From Vicugna vicugna (taxonomy: Eukaryota): a DNA stretch of 64,000 bases. The stretch covers positions 186,001 to 250,000 of the forward strand of contig MU058345.1 in assembly GCA_013265495.1 (NCBI GenBank), given 5' to 3'. Shown here piece after piece: positions 37,151-47,679 of the stretch (positions within the stretch are counted from its first letter, which is position 1; each line of letters starts with the position of its first letter). Under the pieces are notes generated by a model that did not search any database, was not told the origin of the DNA, and saw nothing but the letters and a program-made list of their open reading frames with translations. A program made the translations under genes and the position numbers.

Positions 37151-38881
37151 ATAGCCTGTCTTTACATGGTTTAGGTTTGACTCTCTCTCAAGAGGAGGTT
37201 TCCCAGGCATCTTCAGTTCTGAGCCTCACCACCCCCCTCCACCCTTCAGCATATTCAGGTGTTCCCTGAGGGCAGTATGAGGGAAGATGCAAAGTGCAGT
37301 GCAAAGAACGTGGCATCTGAGAAGAATGCCTACATTCTCCTACAGTCAATATTCACAAGCTGGTGAAAAGTTATGTAAAATCTCTGTACTCAGTATTTTC
37401 CCCAGATATAAAATGTGGATTAATACTACCTATGTTCAGTTTTTTTGGAAAAAATACTTGAGTGACTAAACTGTCCCAGGGACCATCCTAGGTACTGAAG
37501 ACAGCAGTCAACAAAATCAATAAGCTATCTTGTGGGTATTTACCAGGATTAAACAAGACAATGGCTGTAAAGTGATTAAATAGCTGCGGACCTAGAGAAT
37601 GTGCTTGGTAATTTTTTTTTGCTCAACAGATATTTACTTAGTACCTACAATATTCTAATCAATGTTGTACCCACTGGGGGTATAGTATTGAAAAAGACCA
37701 GGGAAGCAGATCAGAAAAGAAACAGGCAAGACAAATGAGTCATTTGGTTTCAGATAGTGGTGTGTATGATTCACATAAATCAGGAAGAGTGGACCAAAGT
37801 ACTATGGAGATCAATGGGAAAATTTTATTTCAGAAAATTAAACCAAGCCGGGCAACTGAACAGTCATGTTAGGAGTGAAAAGAGAATCAAGAAGTATTGC
37901 CAGGAGTAAAAGGAAAATTGAGCTAATCAACACATGGTGATCAGAACCAATCAGAGAACAGCAGAGAGAGACAGGTGACTCTGAAGCCAGCTTGGGAAAA
38001 CCAACAATAAGCAGGAAGTGCCCATTGTCTGTCCCACTGGGAAGAGGGGTAAGAGGTTGGGAGGTGGGAATACTCACGAAGCTTTCATGATAAGTGGGCT
38101 TCCGATAAGGATTCCATAGCCAACTGTATTTGTGGCTATGTGTAGTCAAATCATCTGTGATTCTTGGGTTCCAGGACAACCTCACTCCCATCCCAAGCAG
38201 TTCCTACTGGGTTTTCTAGCTGTGATGACCTAGGATTATAGACCACCCTAATCCTATCACTCGACCACCTCCTTAGAGTAGGAAGTACAATCTCAGAATG
38301 CAGCCATGAGAGAAAAGGAAGTTGTCTGGACCAGGAGCTAGAAGATCAGATTCAGTCAGGGCTCTGAATCATCATCACTGTGTGTTGCACTGGAGAGCCC
38401 CATGTGCCCTCTGATTTGGTTTTCTCATTGACAAAGTAAGAATAATGGTCCTTGTCTCTCACAGCTGTAACGGGGATTAAAACAAAATGACATATGTGAA
38501 AGCTCTTTGGAAACCAGAAATACTCTAGAAGCCAAGGACATGATCAATCTAGGGGCATGGATCACAGCCCATTCCTGGGCAAACTGGAAAGTACTGTGCC
38601 TGACTTCTCCCTACCATGGGCTGATTTTGAGGCCTCGGGCCAATAAGCACCTCTCTGTGCTTTGGTTTTGTGACCCCCCCAGTATGTGGGAGCTAGTCTC
38701 GCCCCAAAAGTTTCTTCCATGATTCAGTGAATCTCTTCCCATAAGAGAGCAGTGAAAGTTGGAATAGCTAAAAAGCATCTGACTCAACTGACCTTGGGAA
38801 AAATATATTTATCTTCAGGTAACCCTAACTTTGGAAAGCTATACTTTCTGGGGTTTCTTGCCTTTGATAAAAAACAGTTTT

Positions 38882-39010
38882 GGGGTGTGAGTGGGTGTAG
38901 CTCAGTGGTAGAGCACGTGCTTAGCATGCACAAAGTCCTGGGTTCAATCCCCAGTGCTACATAAAAAAAAAAAGTAAAAAAAAAGAAAAAGTAATTTCTA
39001 TTACAAAAAA
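38882..39010 (+). mobile_element. tRNA-derived SINE (Vic-1-like)
   Basis: gggtgtagctcagtggtagagcacgtgcttagcatgcacaaagtcctgggttcaatccccagt followed by an A-rich tail. Confidence 0.9.
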
Positions 39011-40799
39011 ACTGTTAAAAAACCGTTCTTATCTTTATGTCTGAAAGCATGATAGCACTTGCAAATTTTAAGATACAGATAAACTAAAAGGAACTGTTCA
39101 AGTTTTAAAGGGAAATTTGAAGAGTGCAAAGTTAGATATTTTTTCATGATTCAGATAACCACTTTTTTTTTTTTTAAATATATCCTCATAGCTTCCTTCC
39201 TCTCCAGGTGTCTATCTAGTATTTGGGCAATTTGTATCCTGATTTAATCACGCAACCCCTTATTTGTAGCAAAAATAATTTTTCTATGTTATCTCAGACA
39301 ATTCTGGGGCCATACTAACCACCGTAAGATAGGCTGGGTAAGGGCTGTCTCCAAGAGGCCAGCCTAGAAGCAGAAGCAGGAGCAGGAGGCTGCTCTCTCT
39401 GGGGCGCCCTCTACAGCAGAGTTGGCAGAATGGGAAGAAAACAGGATCCTTGAATTCTGGTCACTCTCCAGCACACTGAAGAAGGACACAAAGAGACAGA
39501 CGCAGAAACGTTTCCATCATTACAAGCTCTGATACATGGAACGAGGAAAGGTTTACCTCTCCGGCTGGCGTACAAGGAGCGGACGTGGGGCTGACCTAAT
39601 TCTTCTGCCTTTGTTCACACAGTCTGGGAGATCTGGGAAGATGCTCCTGGGAAAATGACTTTTGAGCTGAGGTCTGAGTGGGAAATAACCAGGCATGGAA
39701 AGGGGATGAGGGGAGGAGAGGGCCCAGAGCTTTCCAAACAGAGGGGACTGCTTGTGCAAAGAAGCTTTCCTACTAGAGGAACTGAAAGCTATCAGCTGGG
39801 CAAGTGAGGTTAGGGAGAGAGATACTCTTAGAGAGCGGACCCAGGGCAGAGCACACACAGTCCTGGAGGCCATATCCTAAGAAAGCTATTTCAGGAGACA
39901 GGGCAGAAGCACAGGGTGGTGGTGCAGGGGAAAAAGTCCATAGAGGGACACACGCAGGAGACATTTCAAAAGAGGAGAGTTGCTGATGGACACGATGAAA
40001 GAAGTGAGGGTGGGGGGAGATGCCAGGGTGCTGCCCAGGCTCTGACTCGCCAAAGAAGGGGCCTTCCGCACTGCGATCTGAAGTGCTGAACCCCTCTGTC
40101 CATTGCTCTTATTTTCAGTGTGAGAAGTGGGAAGGTGGCAGTCCAGGTACGCACCACAATCTTGTCTCTGTTCTGTAAAACAGAAGCTCCTATTTGAAGA
40201 GTGAATGAGTGAGGAGTCAGAGGAGAAAGTGTGCAGGGAGACCCCAGGCAGCAGCGGTGAGAGGAGGAAGAGGGGAGTCTGGGGATATTCCAGCAGAAGG
40301 AGAGCGGGCGGACAGCCAGGGAGGAGTGGAGGGTGGCTATGGGGGGTGGGAGGTCGGGGAGGAGAGGTGGGATGCTGATAGGAGGAAAGAGGGGCTGGGG
40401 ACACTTAGATGGAAGAATCTCGGCCTAGTAAACCTGCAAATTATCTCGACAACCTCGTCCAATCCTCTCAGTGTAGAACAGAGAAAATTAGTTTTAACGT
40501 TATAAGTTTATTATTCTTGTGATATCTGCACTTGGAGAACTTTTGGAAGCCACAAAAAAGGTAAACAAAGTAAAATCACCCATAGTCTCTCTGCCTAGAG
40601 AATCCACTGCTAAGACATTGAATTTCCTCCCACTTTAAACATTTTTGGTTTTGTTTTGCAGTTTTAAAACGGTGGGAGTTACACCATAGATGCAACTTTA
40701 TGTCCTGTTTTAAAACCTTAAATAGCAGTTGTAAAGTGTCCCACACGCTTTCCCTAACGCTTCGATGAAACAGGGGAGTTCAGCAAGCGGGCGGTGAGA

Positions 40800-41115
40800 C
40801 AAACCCAAGTGCGTGGCTGAGTCAGGAGTCCCGGGACACCGACCAGGGCTCTTCGCAGCGCAAACACCTAACGGGGAGGCAGACCATCTGGCAGACGGAC
40901 AAGGGAATCCCTGGACTGGACTGGACTGGAAGCAAGCCAGACGGGAGTTCTGCCTGCGTTCAGGCTTGGAAATTGGCAGCCACAGAGTCCAGGGCGTAGC
41001 TTCGGGTGGGTTGGATGGGTGGGCGTGGCGCGGGGAGGAGGGACGGGCCGGGGAGAGGACGTCTCAAGTTCAAGCGCAGCGCCGGGAGCTCCGAGAGGCT
41101 CCCACCCTCAGCGGC
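40800..41115 (+). promoter_or_regulatory. CD1D: CD1D proximal promoter/5' region (GC-rich, TATA-less)
   Basis: CpG-rich region upstream of the ATG. AP-1 TGAGTCA at 40818-40824. SP/KLF-type GGGTGGGCGTGG at about 41017-41028. No TATA box seen. Confidence 0.6.
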
Positions 41116-41176
41116 ATGGGCTGCTTGCTGTTTCTGTTGCTCTGGGGGCTCCCCCAGATTAGGGGAAGTTCTGAAG
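41116..41176 (+). CDS. CD1D: CD1d exon: signal peptide (61 bp)
   Basis: ggcATGG Kozak. Encodes [20 protein letters not shown]. Donor AAG|GTGAGT, phase 1. Confidence 0.95.
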
Positions 41177-41488
41177 GTGAGTGGAACCGGGGCGCCCGGG
41201 TGGAGGCGGGAGGGAGACGGGCTGGGAAAGGGTCCGAGGCCGGCTGCGGGCGGTGGAGACCGATGCACCTCGGAAAGTCGGGAGGAGGCTCGATCCACCA
41301 GCCAGAGAAACTGCTGCTCTGCGCTCCGGCTCCCGGGCCCCCAGAAGGGGGAGATCGGCCCAGGGGTGGTAGACCTCAGCCGTCCTTCCCAAGCCCATCT
41401 GTTTATTTGTTTCTTTCTTCCTTCCTTTTCGTCCCATTCTTTGCCCCCTGCCGCCTCGCTGCGCCCCTCCCGTCTGCGATCTCTCTAG

Positions 41489-41755
41489 GCCTGCAAAGAC
41501 ATTTCCCCCTCCGGTGCCTGCAGATCTCGTCCTTTGCCAATAGCAGCTGGTCGCGCACGGATGGCCTGGCCTGGCTGGGGGAGCTGCAGGCCTACACTTG
41601 GCGCAGTGACTCGGACACCATCCGCTTCCTCAAGCCCTGGTCGCAGGGCAGATTCAGTGATCAGCAGTGGGAGAACCTGCAGCATATATTTCTGGTTTAT
41701 CGAATCAGCTTCACCAGGGACATCCAGGAATTCGTCACAATGCTGCACGTAGACT
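41489..41755 (+). CDS. CD1D: CD1d exon: alpha1 domain (267 bp)
   Basis: ctctctag| acceptor. Encodes [34 protein letters not shown]...[15 protein letters not shown]. Donor |[21 protein letters not shown] is CD1d-diagnostic. Confidence 0.97.
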
Positions 41756-41879
41756 GTGAGCTGAGGGATGGGATTCTGGCCGCCGCCGCACCCCCAACCC
41801 CCAACCCCCGCCCCACCGCTGATAAAATTCTTCCATCACCTCACACTTTTTTGGGGCAGTATTTTAAAGAGAAGGCTGC

Positions 41880-42037
41880 TTTTCATTTTTATTTTTAAAT
41901 TTATTTATTTTATTGTTCTTTGGGGAGGGGAGGGAGACAATTAGGTTTATTTATTTGTTTAATGGCGATACCAGGGATTGAACTCAGGACCTGGCGCATG
42001 CTAAGCATGCGCTCTACCACTTGAGCTCTACCCTTCC
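41880..42037 (-). mobile_element. tRNA-derived SINE in CD1D intron 2
   Basis: T-rich tail then gggattgaactcaggacctggcgcatgctaagcatgcgctctaccacttgagct. Confidence 0.85.
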
Positions 42038-42243
42038 AAACTCCACACTCTTCTGATTTCCTCTTCTGCCTGAGAGATCTCAGCTCGATGCCTCAAAACA
42101 CCCCTCAGTTCCTCCTGCTGCCCGTCGCCTGCTCTCAATTACCTGGACTCTGGGTCCAGTGTAACGGTCACACCAACGTCTTCTCCTCGCCCCCTTCCAG
42201 TCGTTCCAGCCCTTCGTTGATCTCTGTCCATTCCTCTCCTCAG

Positions 42244-42522
42244 ATCCCTTTGACATCCAGATGTCTGGTGGATGCGAGGTGCTCCCAGGGAACACCTCAA
42301 AAAGCTTCTTGGACATTGCATTTCAAGGAACAGCTATCGTGAGTTTCCAAGGAACTTTTTGGGTGCCAAATCCAGATTCCCCACCCTGGGTGCAGACGGC
42401 CTGCAAAGTGGCCAACCAGGACCAAGGGACCAGGGAAACAGTACGGTGGCTCCTGGACTCCGTCTGCCCCAGTCTTGTCAGAGGCCTCCTGGAGACAGGG
42501 AAGTCGGAGCTGGAGAAGCCAG
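42244..42522 (+). CDS. CD1D: CD1d exon: alpha2 domain (279 bp)
   Basis: ctcctcag| acceptor. Encodes YPFDIQMSGGCEVLPGNTS...NQDQGTRETVRWLLDSVCPSLVRGLLETGKSELEKP. Donor CAG|GTCAGC. Confidence 0.97.
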
Positions 42523-43045
42523 GTCAGCCTGCCCCTCCACCGCCCGCCTTCCACTCCACGCTCAGGCTCCATCCGGGCTTTTCTATCCCAGGGTGCCCCT
42601 CCCTCTGAGCATCAGGGCAAGAGAAAGACTCAGGTGGGGATGGATAAGGTGTGAGGGTATTTCTTCACTCCACAGACCTTAACTGAGTGCCCTTGGGGGG
42701 CCGTGAGCTGAATAAAATAAACACTGAGGGTCAAACAGGATCTCCGCTTCAGGAGGAGGCTGAGAAGTCAGATGAACAATTAAAGCAGCGTTTGAAACAC
42801 GGCCCTATGTTCCAGCTGAACACAGGGTGCTATAGGAGCACAGAGCAGGAGCACTTCCATGAGGCTGGATCAGGGAATGAGGGTCAGGGAAGGCTTTCTC
42901 GGAGAAGCTAACACTAAGGGATGGAAGTTGTGAGAGACTTCATCTCCAGAGGGGAACGTGAAGGACCCAGGAGCCTGCTGTCAGGCCTGGAGCCTCCAGT
43001 GCAGAGTCTTCACCTAAAGATCTCTCATTCCCTTGTCGGATGCAG

Positions 43046-43324
43046 TGCAGCCCGAGGCCTGGCTGTCCAGCGGCCCCACCCCCGGGCCCGGCCGTCTGCT
43101 GCTGGTGTGTCACGTGTCAGGATTCTACCCGAACCCCGTGTGGGCGATGTGGATGCGGGGTGAGCAGGAGCAGCCAGGCACTCGGCGAGGTGACGTCCTG
43201 CCCCAGGCTGACGGGACGTGGTACCTCCGAGTGACCCTGGATGTGGCGGCCAGGGAGGCGGCGGGCCTGAGCTGCCGGGTGAGACACAGCAGTCTCGGAG
43301 AGCAGGACATCGTCCTGTATTGGG
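43046..43324 (+). CDS. CD1D: CD1d exon: alpha3 Ig-C1 domain (279 bp)
   Basis: tgcag| acceptor. Encodes [29 protein letters not shown]...[19 protein letters not shown] with both Ig cysteines. Donor |GTGAGA. Confidence 0.97.
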
Positions 43325-44069
43325 GTGAGAAAGAACGGGGGCCCAACTGGGGATGGGAGGACTGGGGAAGGGGAAGGAGGTGACACACCCAGGATGGAGG
43401 AGGTTTAGAGTTGAGGCCCCACACCAGGAGGATAGACGGAGGGGATTCTGGATATAGGAAGGAGAGAAATAAAGATCTGAACTCAAAAAGGAGTGAGATA
43501 AGATATTTCATATACAAGAAAAAGAAGACTTGGGGGAACCCCACAGATCCAGAAATGGACTAGTGCAGAATCCCAGGAGGATTCATCCCCCAGAAGAGGG
43601 AACTGGGGACTTGCAAAAGGCAGGATAACAAAGACAGCTGTGGTTTGCGGAGCGCTGCTTCTGTGCCAGCCAGCACACTGCATGCAGCGTTTCCACTAAT
43701 CACCCCAATCTCCCTCGAAGCGGGTGCTCTTGTTTCCGCTTTAGAGATGAGAGATTGAGGCTAAGCAAGTAAGTTGGCCAGGGTCTCCTCATTAGAAAGT
43801 GGAAGAGCTGGATTTAGACTCAGGTCCGCTTCCCTACAAAACGGCTGCCTTCCCCGTAGGCTGTGTTAGCTTTTGCTGAGGTGAACTGAATTGCGAATGC
43901 CCAGACCCCAGAAAAGGTGGGGCAGGCAGACTTCAGAGGAATAGGAGTGGCCAGTGTTAGCCAGGGAGGAAGTAAGAAGTCCCTGGAGCCCTCACATGTG
44001 CTCATGCCAGGGCACGTGAGATGGGGCGGGGTCCTGGGCTGAGAGACGCCCTGTTTTCCCCCCAAGCAG

Positions 44070-44169
44070 GGCGGGGCCAGGCCTCCCCGGGCTTGATCGC
44101 TGGGCTGGTGGTGGCGTTCCTCCTGATTCTGAGTTGTGTCGGCTTAGCCTTCTGCTGTCAGCGGCGCCG
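44070..44169 (+). CDS. CD1D: CD1d exon: transmembrane (100 bp)
   Basis: ttttccccccaagcag| acceptor. Encodes GRGQASPGLIAGLVVAFLLILSCVGLAFCCQRR. Donor CG|GTAAGT, phase 2. Confidence 0.92.
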
Positions 44170-44262
44170 GTAAGTCTCTTCTTTCCATCTCTTCCTTCCC
44201 TCAACCTCTTTCCCCATCACTTCTCTCCCCCTTTCCTTAATGATCTCTGTATTCTCTCACAG

Positions 44263-44284
44263 CCGCTATCAAGGCATCATGTGA
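44263..44284 (+). CDS. CD1D: CD1d exon: cytoplasmic tail with YXXphi motif and stop
   Basis: ctctcacag| acceptor. Encodes (R)RYQGIM then TGA. Total CDS 1008 bp = 335 aa plus stop. Confidence 0.93.
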
Positions 44285-44879
44285 CCTGGAACTCAGGATC
44301 TCAGGACTTCAGTGCTCCGAAATTGAGGGTGAAAGAGAGTTACTTTGAAGAAGCAGAGAACGGTCGTAAGGCAGCTCTGGTCACACTCTTCGAACACTTT
44401 ATCGAAGAGGATTGAAGTTCTTTTTCAGTATGCTACAAGTTTGTAAGCCCAAGTCGTCCTGTAAAAAGAGAAGAGCAAGCTCAGATACCTCTCAGGCACA
44501 AGCAGATAAGGACTGCGGGGGAAGTGTGTGTGTAGTCCTCGTCTGAATGATGGCCTCTGCAGTGCCCTGGGAAGCACTCCTCCTGTGCAAAGGAAGCAGG
44601 CCCCGTTGTTCGTTGTCAAGTACAAAGTAAGACCCTCGCTTGGCTGTAACCCACATTTTTTTTTCAAGAAAAGTGAAAGTCTAGGTTTAAAAGTGAACAT
44701 GCCTGATATTAATGGGTTGACTCAAACTTTTACGAAATATGCCTCTGCTGGCTGATGACAACCACAGTGGTTCCCAGTTTGTGTCTCTGATATAAAAAGT
44801 TTATCCTGAATGACATATTGGCAGTTCCAGGACCTAGTTTCTATTGTAAATTTGGATTTATAAAGAGGGACATTTTCTC

Positions 44880-44948
44880 ATTAAAAGAAAATGAGGATGT
44901 AAGAAACAGAGATATCTCAAGCAGTTTACTTGAAGTAACTTGATTAAA
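44880..44948 (+). terminator. CD1D: Candidate CD1D poly(A) signals (ATTAAA variants)
   Basis: ATTAAA at 44880-44885 and 44943-44948, about 600-660 nt after the stop. I saw no canonical AATAAA closer. Confidence 0.35.
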
Positions 44949-45401
44949 AGAGAAAAATCATAGTGTATGTGTATTATGGAGTAAAAGCTACTTTCAGTAG
45001 GAATATTTCTCTCTAATGGCCAGTCATTTTCTTTTCAGTCTTGAAGGAGACTGGATCCCCCCAGAACAGGCCCTCCTCTTAACAGCTGTTAAGTGAAGCA
45101 GTGTATGGAGTGGGCTGGACCGCTCTGGGCAGGCGGGAGCTGTACTGGTGATGTCTGCATCATCCAGCTGTCTTTCTTAGCCTAGAGAAAAGACAGCAGC
45201 CGATCAAGAAACGAGAAGGCAAAGTTAAAAGCACCTGTTAGCTATCAGGGAAGTAATCTCTTGGCAGTCAAGGCCCTCAACAATCCCAAAAAAGTGAATC
45301 TAAACTTTCGAAGTCTTTGCTTGAGAAAATTAAGATTTGGCATCTTCTATGTTGGGCTTGTAAGTAGAACTCAGGATGTGGGGCCTGCTAGTTTCCAAAT
45401 C

Positions 45402-45582
45402 CGTGCTTCTCAAACTGTGGTTTCCTGACCAGTAGCCTCATCATCACCTGGGAACTTGCAAACTATTTTACCAACCCCCCTCAACCTACTGAATGAGAAA
45501 TCTTGTGAGAGGAGCCCAGTAATTTGTGTTTTAAGAAGCCCTCAGGGGCTTCTGAAATTGAGCTTAAGTTAGAGAACCACTG
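45402..45582. mobile_element. MER5A-like hAT-Charlie element
   Basis: gtgcttctcaaactgtgg...catcacctgggaactt...ttagagaaccactg with inverted termini. Confidence 0.75.
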
Positions 45583-45792
45583 TTTATAGGCATGTACAAT
45601 GCTATGCAACAGATTCCTCAGAATGCTAAATGAAAATCTTGGCCTAGGGTTAATCAGGGAAGGCTTCCTGAAGGAAGGGCAATTTGAAGTAGGAATTAGG
45701 GAGTGAGGTGAAGCAGCAAATGCACTGTACCAGAGTCTCCTCTGACTCACTTTCTTCCTGTGCTAAATGGAGATAATAATGTCTGTCTTGAT

Positions 45793-46156
45793 TATGCTAC
45801 AGGTGGAATGTCTGTGTCCTGTGTCCCCTCCTCCAAATTCATATGTTGAAAACCTAATTGGGCATTAGCTGATGGTATTACAAGGTGAGGTCTCTGGGAG
45901 ATGATTAAGTCATGAGGTCTGAGCTCATGAATGGGATTAGTGTCCTTATGAAAAGAGGCCCTTATCCCCTCCACCACCAAGTGAAGACACAGCAAGAAGG
46001 TTTCCTCACAGAAAGTGGATCCTCACCGAACACTGAATCTACTGGCACCTTGATCTTGGACTTCCCAGCCTCCAGAACTGTGAGAAATAGATTTCTATTG
46101 TTTTTTAAGCCACCCAGTTGATGGTATTTTGTTATAACAGCCTGAATGGATTAGGA
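45793..46156 (+). mobile_element. MLT1A/B-like solo LTR
   Basis: ccaaattcatatgttgaaaacctaa...ctcatgaatgggattagtgtccttat...ccttgatcttggacttcccagcctccagaactgtgagaaatag. Confidence 0.8.
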
Positions 46157-46649
46157 TTATGTCATGAACTTGTTGTGGGGAACAAATGTGTACAAATGTG
46201 TGGCAATCTCCAGTGCCTTCAGAAGTGTGGGGCCTGTTACAGTTTTGGGTACCACACTGCCCTCAGGTGATGCTCTTCAGCTTAGCTTCCTCAAGCTGTA
46301 TCAAGCTTGTGAACCAGTCCCTCTGGCCTCCCACATTCTTAAGGCAAGTCCTTTCTGAAATCTTTTGGGAAATGCTACAGCATGAATTGACAGTAGCTCT
46401 GGTGCATTTTAAACAACTTCTATTTATTTTGGAAATAAATGCCTATTTCTCCAGGAAACTGTATCTTCTTCCTTCAAATACTCAGCTCAAGATATCTCAG
46501 AAAATCCTAAGATTTCATTTTAGAATGTGTTGATAGTCTCTTTATGGATATCGTGTTCCTTATTGAGTGCTCTCTGAGTGTCAACTTATTTCCACTCAGC
46601 TCCAAATTCTCCTTCATTGTGTGCTCAGTGACAATGGATGGAATTCTTC

Positions 46650-47263
46650 TAATCGTTTCTTCCTTAAAGCAGGTGCACAGAAGACAAAGGAAGGCGCTCT
46701 CCTACAGCTTCTGGCTACTGCAGGGTGGGCCAGCAGAGTGGGCGGGAAGGCCTCCTGTGGGATGCCGCCCCAGCCATGTGCCCGAGGCTCCTGGGCACCA
46801 GGTAGCCTTGCAGCCTCAGCCCAGCAGTAACCTTCCGATGGAAGCAAGAGGCTTCCTGCCCCTCCCAGTGCCCCATCCCCTCTGCAGACCCTCCCTTCCT
46901 TAGACCGTCTGCGGACGGGAAGTTTCCACCGAGTCTCAGTCTCTCTACAGCCCCTCCCTGAGGTCTGGAGGGTTGCTTCCAGCTGCCTCAGTGACTGCTC
47001 TGACCTGGACACACCAACAAACTTCTCTGCTACCCAAAGGGCTAAAGCACACCTTCTCCAAGGAGGTCTGTGCTCCAGTCTCGGAGAGGGGTGACCCTTC
47101 CAGCTTTATCTGTCTCAGGTAGTCTCCTTCGGCCCTAGGGGTCCATGTAGAGTTTTCTTATACCTTATAGTTCTTTCCCCATTACAGCTGAATAATTCTA
47201 TCAAACTTCCTCTGTTTAGCTCTCTGTGAGGTTTCTATTTCCTGATTGGACCCAGGAGGATAC
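46650..47263 (+). mobile_element. ERVL-type solo LTR
   Basis: Ends ...aataattctatcaaacttcctctgttt...tttcctgattggacccaggaggataca, typical ERVL LTR terminus. Confidence 0.5.
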
Positions 47264-47539
47264 ATGTGCCGACTTTTGACCATTGACAGGAATCTGTGTG
47301 AATTTTCCAAAGCTATTACTTGAATTTATTTTTTTCCCAAGTCTGTGGCATGAAGTTGACCCACTCTGCTGTGTTACTTTACACATGTCATAAGAACCAT
47401 GCCCAATGTAGTTCCATTTCTCTGCTCTTCCTCTCTGTGCATTGTTGTCATAAATTTTACTTTATACATGTGTTTAACTCTACAGTTCATTGTTTTTGTT
47501 TGAAAGTTATCTTTAAAATGATTTTAAAAAGAAGAAACA

Positions 47540-47679
47540 GGGGGAGGGTATAGCTCATGTGGTAGAGAGCGTACTTAGTGTGCACAAGGTCCTGGGTTTA
47601 ATCCCCAGTACCTCCTCTATAAGTAAATAAATAAACCTAATTACCTCTCTCTTCCGCCTCAAAAATTTTTAGCAAATCC
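47540..47679 (+). mobile_element. tRNA-derived SINE (Vic-1-like)
   Basis: ggggagggtatagctca...gtcctgggtttaatccccagtacctcc...aaacctaattacctc. Perfect 15-bp TSD taaaaagaagaaaca at 47525-47539 and 47680-47694. Confidence 0.92.

Noticed and set aside
38882..38960. tRNA-like sequence with A and B boxes (also at the other SINE sites)
   Set aside because: Followed by A-rich tails, often TSD-flanked and present in about 10 diverged copies. These are SINE heads, not tRNA genes.
40813..41898. 361-aa ORF as a single-exon gene
   Set aside because: It is CD1D leader plus intron 1 plus alpha1 plus intron 2 read-through, starting at a GTG. The canonical splice sites give the standard CD1d protein.
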